Below are positions 26,855 through 32,000 of a stretch of DNA of 32,000 nucleotides, one piece after another. Source of the stretch: Longivirga aurantiaca. GTDB lineage: Bacteria > Actinomycetota > Actinomycetes > S36-B12 > CAIYMF01. Below the pieces are notes generated by a model. The model made no database searches. It saw only the letters and a program-made list of their open reading frames with translations, and was not told where the DNA came from. A program made the position numbers and the translations under genes. The DNA lies in assembly GCF_042660085.1 (NCBI RefSeq), contig NZ_JBHSTI010000002.1:180001-212000 (forward strand). The letters run 5' to 3'. Every line of letters begins with the position of its first letter. Position 1 is the stretch's first letter.

Positions 26855-26897
26855 CGTCCGCTCCTCTCCTCGACGTCGTACCGCGCGCGGTCGACCG

Positions 26898-28676
26898 TCA
26901 CCAGGAACCGCCGCCACCGCCACCGCCGCCACCGAACCCGCCTCCGCCGCCGCCACCGCCACCGCTCGAGTGCGCGGAGGAGTAGGCGGCCACGGAGGTG
27001 TTGACGGCGACGTCGAAGGTGCTGAAGCTCCCGGCCTCGAAGTCAGACCAGCCGTAGTTGCCGGCGTACCACGTCGGCGCGGGGGTCTCGCGGCCCATGG
27101 ATGTGCGGTACATCCCGGCCCACGCGTCGGCGCAGCCGAATGCGACGGCGTACGGGACGTAGGCGATCCAGAGGGAGTCCCGCGCTGCGAAGTCGTACCT
27201 GTCCTCCGACGACGGCGTCGAGAGGAACGTCCGGAACCCCAGAGCCTGCATCCAGGCCTCCCGCGCCCCCGGTGTCCGGCGCCGCGCCATACCGGTGGCG
27301 AGGACCGGTGCGCCGACGAGCGCGAAGGCGACGAAGGGAAGCCCCAACAGCATCGGCGTGTTCAGGCCGAGCACGGCACCGATCCCCAGGCTGAGCATCA
27401 CGGCGACCCGACCGGCGACGACGACGGGGTCGCGCCGCCACAGCCCTGCCCCCGCCCAGTCGTCCACTGCCGTCTCCAGCGCGGCGACCGTGTGCCGCAC
27501 CAGTGCGCCCGTCGGCTCGTCGGCCCTTGCGGTGAACGTGTCACCCGTCTCGTCCAGCTGGAGTCCCGCGAGGACCGCCTCGGCGACGGGGTCCAACGGC
27601 GACCGGGCGTACCCCGTCCGCCGGACGGCCCAGGCGCCGTGGTCGCCCTCGAGCGTCACGACGCCGAGGTCGGCGAGGTGCAGCACCGTCGCCGTGAGCG
27701 CGTGGTCGCCCGTCGTCTCCGTGATCAGGTACTCGCACTGCACGGGTCCGAGGCCCCGAGGCGGCTCGTACACGAGCGGTGCTCCCGGCGGCCTCTCGCG
27801 AGCCCGCCACACGAGCGCCGCGGCGGCGGCCGCCCCGCAGAGGGTGAGCACGAGGAGGAACCCCACGAATCCGGGGTCGTCACCGAGGTACAGGTCCCAG
27901 GCGGGACCCCACGGCAGTTGCGAGCCCGCCCCCGGCGTCGCGGCGGAGTAGGCGGCCACCTCGACGCCGGTGCGCGGCCTCATGTCGCCCACGCGGACGC
28001 TGATCGAGGTCGTCCCTGTCCCGTCCACGGTGCACCCGTCCGGTGCCGTCGTGCGGCACATCGCCTCGGTCACCGGGCTGGGCAGCCTCACGTGCGCCGA
28101 ACCGCTGAGGATCCGCATCTCCCAGAACGGTGCGACGACCCACCAGGCGAAGACCGACTGCTCGCTGCCGTCCCGCGCGCCGCTGACCGTCGCGCCCAGC
28201 GTCGCGACGTCGCGCACCGGGCGCAGGACGTCGCTCACCGTGTAGCTCAGGACGTAGCGGTGCGACCCGGCGGCGAGCAGCACGTCCGGGTCGCCGATCT
28301 TGGCCACGACGACCGTGCCCTCGCGCCAGACCTCCAGAGGTTCGGGACTGCCGTCCCGGGTGGCGTACACCTCCGTGACCCTGGAGCGGGCCGAGCTGTC
28401 GACCGGGTCGGCCTCGTCCCAGAAGCGGTAGACGCCATGCCGCCCGTACGGGAAGACCGCGTCGAAGGTCTCCACCACGGTCAGCGTCCCGTCGGCGGTG
28501 ACGTCGAGGTCGGCGTTGAACCAGGTCACGACGACGGGGTCCGGCTCGCTCGAGCCCCCGGAGGACGGGCCGGCTCGGAGGAACCACAGCACCCCGCCGC
28601 CGACCACGACCAGGGCGAGCATGGCCAGGGTCGCCATCGCGACCGAGATCTGCGGCTTCTGGCGCTGTGCGCTCAT
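26898..28676 (-). CDS. DUF2207 domain-containing membrane protein with glycine-rich C-terminus
   Basis: 592 aa; N-terminal TM, VVTWFNADLDVTADGTLTVVETFDAVFPYGRHGVYRFW, C-terminal SGGGGGGGGGFGGGGGGGGGSW; adjacent to lemA-like gene. Confidence 0.9.
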   Translation of the reverse strand: MSAQRQKPQISVAMATLAMLALVVVGGGVLWFLRAGPSSGGSSEPDPVVVTWFNADLDVTADGTLTVVETFDAVFPYGRHGVYRFWDEADPVDSSARSRVTEVYATRDGSPEPLEVWREGTVVVAKIGDPDVLLAAGSHRYVLSYTVSDVLRPVRDVATLGATVSGARDGSEQSVFAWWVVAPFWEMRILSGSAHVRLPSPVTEAMCRTTAPDGCTVDGTGTTSISVRVGDMRPRTGVEVAAYSAATPGAGSQLPWGPAWDLYLGDDPGFVGFLLVLTLCGAAAAAALVWRARERPPGAPLVYEPPRGLGPVQCEYLITETTGDHALTATVLHLADLGVVTLEGDHGAWAVRRTGYARSPLDPVAEAVLAGLQLDETGDTFTARADEPTGALVRHTVAALETAVDDWAGAGLWRRDPVVVAGRVAVMLSLGIGAVLGLNTPMLLGLPFVAFALVGAPVLATGMARRRTPGAREAWMQALGFRTFLSTPSSEDRYDFAARDSLWIAYVPYAVAFGCADAWAGMYRTSMGRETPAPTWYAGNYGWSDFEAGSFSTFDVAVNTSVAAYSSAHSSGGGGGGGGGFGGGGGGGGGSW

Positions 28677-29110
28677 GGGACGCCTCCCGCTCGACTGCGA
28701 GGCTAGTCGCGTCGGCAGGGTCGTTGCAGGTCCGGCGAGCCGTGACGCGACCGCCCGGTGAGGAGCGTGCGGGTCGTCCCAGGCGGGCCGACGTTCAGGC
28801 GCGTAGGGCCTCGGCGAACTCCTGGAACTCGTTGACGAGGACGTCCTGTCGACCTCGGTGTGGGCGAGGGAGAAGCCACTGCTCGTCGAGCCCGGGCGGG
28901 GTGGGGACGCCGCGGTTGACCCCCACAGCCACGACTGCCGGGCGGCACCGAAGCGGTGCGCTCGTTGTCCGCACGTGCTCCGACCGGGACAGGTTCGCCT
29001 TCGCCATCTTCAGCAGCAGCATGTTCATCACGTGGCAGAAGACGATCGGCGGGCGTCCGACCCTCTTGCTGGGTTTCCGCTGGGGCCTTCACAGACGACA
29101 GAGGCGCACT

Positions 29111-29171
29111 CCAGCGTTTGCGCTGGTAGATCGGGTGGGCCGCCTGGGGATCGAACCCAGAACCCGCGGAT
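29111..29171 (-). repeat. Parental copy (3 of 3) of the tRNA-Lys 3' half + flank repeat
   Basis: Matches 23930-23989; includes the downstream CCAGCG-TTTG-CGCTGG hairpin (29111-29126) and tRNA 3' half. Confidence 0.85.
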
Positions 29172-29208
29172 TAAAAGTCCGCTGCTCTGCCAGTTGAGCT
29201 AACGGCCC
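29136..29208 (-). tRNA. tRNA-Lys (anticodon TTT)
   Basis: GGGCCGTTAGCTCAACTGGCAGAGCAGCGGACTTTTAATCCGCGGGTTCTGGGTTCGATCCCCAGGCGGCCCA folds into a complete 73-nt cloverleaf; CCA not encoded. Confidence 0.97.
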
Positions 29209-29253
29209 GACGTACCTCGGGACTGTAGCCGCAGGCAGGCGCCAGTCGTCGCG

Positions 29254-30213
29254 TCAGTGGTCGTCCAGGCCGGTGAGGCGGGGAGCGAAGGTGGCGCCGC
29301 CGTCCACGGACTCGTGGACCTTCCCGCCCCCGAGCACGGCGACCCGTCCGTCCGCCGCTGCGAACGCCTCGGGCCGCGCGCCGATCCCGCCGGTCCGGAT
29401 CCATGTCGCACCACCGTCGGACGATACGTGCGCGGCCCCATCCGGGGAGACGCCGTACGCCGTGCCCGCGGAGAAGGCGACGAAGGCCAGCAGCGGCGCC
29501 TCGGCGATGGGGCTCCACGACGTGCCCGCGTCGGTCGACAGCAACGGCCCGTTCTCGGTGGTGGCGAGGGCTCGGCCCGGAGAACTCGGGTCCAGCGCGA
29601 CGTCGAAGACGCCCGGGTTGTCCAGCCTGGTCCAGCTCGCCCCCTTGTCCTGCGAGCGCAGCAGGGCGCCGTCGTGGGCGGAGACGCCCAGGACCGTCGC
29701 GCCCGAGGCGGTGAGCCGGTGGAAGTCGACCTCCCCGAGCAGGCTCACCGTCGTCCAGGTGCGTCCGTCGGCCGAGGCCCGGAGGCCGAGGTCCGCGGGC
29801 AGGTCGTCATCGGGTGCGGGGTGGCCGGAGGCGAGCCACCGGCGGCCGTCGTAGGCGAGCCCCATGACGTCGAACCCGGTCTCGCTGCGCAGCTCGGGCG
29901 CTCGCCCCTGCTGCTGGAGGAACAGGCCGCCGTGGGTGCCGAGGACGAGCGTGTCGCCGTCGTAGGCGAGGTTGTGAACGTGCCCCCAGCCGATGCCGTC
30001 GACATCGACGGGCACGGTTGCCGGCGGCGTGCCGGCGGGGGAGGGCGGAGCGGATGAGGCGGGGGAGGCCGACGCCGAGGCTGCGGCCGTCGGCGGCGCG
30101 GGAGCGGCAGTCGCGCCGCACGCGGTCAGCAGGAGGGCGCCGGCCGTCGCGGCGGCGGCCGGCGTCGACCGGTCGAGGACCCGGCGGAGGTGGTGCGTCC
30201 GGCGTTCGCTCAT
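29254..30213 (-). CDS. F510_1955-like glycosyl hydrolase / BNR-repeat (sialidase-like beta-propeller) lipoprotein
   Basis: Lipobox-like ALLLTACGA, Thr/Pro/Ala-rich linker, GWGHVHNLAYDGDTLVLGTHGGLF and repeated SxDxGxxW motifs (SQDKGASW, STDAGTSW, SSDGGATW). Confidence 0.82.
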   Translation of the reverse strand: MSERRTHHLRRVLDRSTPAAAATAGALLLTACGATAAPAPPTAAASASASPASSAPPSPAGTPPATVPVDVDGIGWGHVHNLAYDGDTLVLGTHGGLFLQQQGRAPELRSETGFDVMGLAYDGRRWLASGHPAPDDDLPADLGLRASADGRTWTTVSLLGEVDFHRLTASGATVLGVSAHDGALLRSQDKGASWTRLDNPGVFDVALDPSSPGRALATTENGPLLSTDAGTSWSPIAEAPLLAFVAFSAGTAYGVSPDGAAHVSSDGGATWIRTGGIGARPEAFAAADGRVAVLGGGKVHESVDGGATFAPRLTGLDDH

Positions 30214-30400
30214 GAGGTGATCCGCTCCTCGTGGTGCTCGTGGACGACGTCCCTGCCGCAGGGACGGATAACGGCCGGCCAGTGTTCCCGCCGGACCCTG
30301 CGGCGGGGCTCACATGCCGGGCCGCGGGTGCCCGGGGAGCGGAGCCCGGCCGCATCGCGGACAATGGGACCACCCTCGACCCGAGCCCGAGAGAAGCGCC

Positions 30401-31657
30401 GTGACCACCGACCCGCAGACCGACGTCGTACGAACCGACGTCCTGGTCGTCGGCGCCGGCCCCGGCGGGTCCTCCGCTGCGATCCACCTGGCCCGGCTCG
30501 GCCGTGACGTGCTGCTCGTGGACGGCGCGGAGTTCCCGCGCGACAAGGCCTGCGGCGACGGCCTCACGCCGCGCGCAGTGGCCGAGCTGCAGACGCTGAA
30601 GCTCGACCACATCCTGGAGGGCGGCCCGGTCAACAAGGGGCTGCGCGGCCACGGCTTCGGCCGCAGCCTCATGCTCCCGTGGAACGGACCGCACCTGCCC
30701 AAGCACGGCTCCGCCATCGCGCGCACCGTGCTCGACAACGCGCTGCGCGACGCCGCCCTCGACGCCGGCGCCACCGGCCTCGACGGGCACAAGGCCGTCG
30801 ACGTCGAGCTGACGGGCGGCCGCCTCACGACCGTCCTGCTGCGCGGCCGCGACGGCACGGTCCGCGTCGAGGCCGAGCACGTGATCGTGGCCGACGGCGG
30901 CAAGTCGCACCTCGGCCGCCTGCTCGGGCGCGCGTGGCACAAGGAGACCGTGTTCGGCGTCGCGTCGCGCGCGTACGCGACGAGCCCGATGGCCGACGAC
31001 CCGTGGATCACCTCGCACCTCGAGCTCCGCGACGAGTCCGGCCGCATGATGGGCGGCTACGGCTGGGTCTTCCCGCTCGGCAACGGCCTCGTCAACGTCG
31101 GCGCGGGCACCCTCGCGACGAGCAAGCGACCGGCCAACATCAACCTGCGCAAGCTCACCGAGGAGTACGCCCGCCAGCGCCGCGACGAGTGGCAGCTCGG
31201 CGAGCTCACCGGCTACGGCTCGGCGCCGCTGCCCATGGGCGGCGCGGTCAGCAACGTGGCGGGCCGCAACTGGATGCTCATCGGCGACGCCGCCGCGTGC
31301 ATCAACCCGCTCAACGGCGAGGGCATCGACTACGCGCTCGAGACCGGGCGCCTCGCGGCCGAGCACATCGTCGAGAGCGGCGCGCGTCCGGACTTCACGG
31401 CGTCCTGGCCGGCCGAGCTCTACGCCGAGTACGGCGAGGCCTTCTCCATCGCGCGACGCCTCGGCATCCTCATCACCCACGAGCGGCTGCTCGCGATGTC
31501 GGGCCCGATCGGGATGCGCATCCCCGCGATCATGGCGGTCGCCTTCCGCGTCATGGGCAACCTCGTCACGCCCGAGGACAGCGACGTCGTCGCCAGGGCC
31601 TGGCGCACCGCCGGCCGCGCCTCGCTGCGCCTCGACCGCCGCCGCCCTTTCCACTGA
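30401..31657 (+). CDS. Geranylgeranyl reductase family FAD-dependent oxidoreductase
   Basis: GTG start at 30401; VLVVGAGPGGSSAAIHLARLGRDVLLVDGAEFPRDKACGDGLTPRAV, GYGWVFPLGNGLVNVGAG, LIGDAAACINPLNGEGIDYALETG. Confidence 0.93.
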   Translation: MTTDPQTDVVRTDVLVVGAGPGGSSAAIHLARLGRDVLLVDGAEFPRDKACGDGLTPRAVAELQTLKLDHILEGGPVNKGLRGHGFGRSLMLPWNGPHLPKHGSAIARTVLDNALRDAALDAGATGLDGHKAVDVELTGGRLTTVLLRGRDGTVRVEAEHVIVADGGKSHLGRLLGRAWHKETVFGVASRAYATSPMADDPWITSHLELRDESGRMMGGYGWVFPLGNGLVNVGAGTLATSKRPANINLRKLTEEYARQRRDEWQLGELTGYGSAPLPMGGAVSNVAGRNWMLIGDAAACINPLNGEGIDYALETGRLAAEHIVESGARPDFTASWPAELYAEYGEAFSIARRLGILITHERLLAMSGPIGMRIPAIMAVAFRVMGNLVTPEDSDVVARAWRTAGRASLRLDRRRPFH

Positions 31658-31670
31658 TCCCCCCGGCTTG

Positions 31671-31773
31671 GCTGGGTGGGGAATCCGTCGTAGAGAGCAC
31701 GCGCGTTACCCAGCCACGCCGGTGCTCGGGTAGCTGCGTGGGGAATCCGTCGCAGAGCGCACGCTCGTTACCC
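31671..31773. repeat. Two 41-nt near-identical direct repeats (31671-31711 and 31733-31773)
   Basis: gctgggtggggaatccgtcgtagagagcacgcgcgttaccc vs gctgcgtggggaatccgtcgcagagcgcacgctcgttaccc, 4 mismatches, 62-nt period. Confidence 0.85.
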
Positions 31774-31781
31774 GGGTAACG
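31766..31781. promoter_or_regulatory. 16-bp perfect palindrome, candidate operator
   Basis: CGTTACCCGGGTAACG, ending 7 nt before the ATG at 31789. Confidence 0.5.
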
Positions 31782-31788
31782 TGGCGCA

Positions 31789-32000
31789 ATGACGTCGACC
31801 GCCGACAAGGCCGCCCTCCTGCAGCAGCTGCACGCCGACCCCGAGCTGCTCGTGCTCGTCAACGTCTGGGACGTCATCACCGCGCAGGTCGCCGCGGCAA
31901 CGCCCGGCGTGAGGGCGATCGCCACGGCCAGCCACTCGATCGCCGTCGCGCACGGCTACCCCGACGGCGAGGTGATCCCGCGCGACGAGATGCTCGAGAC
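31789..32000 (+). CDS. Isocitrate lyase / phosphoenolpyruvate mutase family protein (3' truncated by window edge)
   Basis: MTSTADKAALLQQLHADPELLVLVNVWDVITAQVAAATPGVRAIATASHSIAVAHGYPDGEVIPRDEMLE. Confidence 0.88.
   Translation, partial: MTSTADKAALLQQLHADPELLVLVNVWDVITAQVAAATPGVRAIATASHSIAVAHGYPDGEVIPRDEMLE

Noticed and set aside
26700-28706. 668-aa plus-strand ORF
   Set aside because: Antisense shadow of lemA/DUF2207 genes.
28667-29202. Plus-strand ORFs ending in ...LGIEPRTRGLKVRCSAS and ...GPPGDRTQNPRIKSPLLCQLS
   Set aside because: These are the well-known spurious translations of the antisense strand of a tRNA gene; they run through tRNA-Lys.
20336-29208. A complete functional mobile element, defence island or novel immune system
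   Set aside because: Only an integrase fragment is present, with no replication, transfer, transposase or nuclease/sensor defence genes; the EEP-domain protein is membrane-anchored and not specific to defence.
1-32000. CRISPR array or retron-like element
   Set aside because: No regularly spaced short repeats with unique spacers, no cas genes and no reverse transcriptase motif seen; the direct repeat at 31.7 kb has only two units with a 21-nt gap.

Overview
High-GC actinobacterial chromosomal window. Left part (1-20.2 kb) is mostly ordinary: threonine catabolism (tdh end, kbl), a GH3 beta-glucosidase, a secreted SGNH-type protein, a SOUL heme-binding protein, a PadR/DUF1048/ABC exporter operon, a TraR/DksA-type zinc finger, DUF2306, a NarL-type two-component pair, a DUF4242 protein with a BTAD/SARP-like regulator, and a SulP / flippase-like / arylsulfatase operon. 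The most interesting part is 20.3-29.2 kb. An intact tRNA-Lys(TTT) at 29136-29208 (minus strand) has two diverged, same-orientation copies of its 3' half plus downstream flank, at about 20336-20375 and 23930-23989. A C-terminal fragment of a tyrosine recombinase (HDLRHT ... VYAHLL motifs) lies immediately before the middle copy. This looks like a decayed tandem tRNA-integrated element array, carrying among other genes a large secreted Ig-like protein with a FIMAH-like C-terminus. A perfect 16-bp inverted repeat sits in the 3' part of the integrase fragment. At the right edge, a 41-nt direct repeat ends in a 16-bp perfect palindrome just upstream of an isocitrate lyase/PEP mutase family gene. 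No CRISPR array, rRNA, intact transposase or recognisable defence system was seen. No demonstrably new system is claimed.
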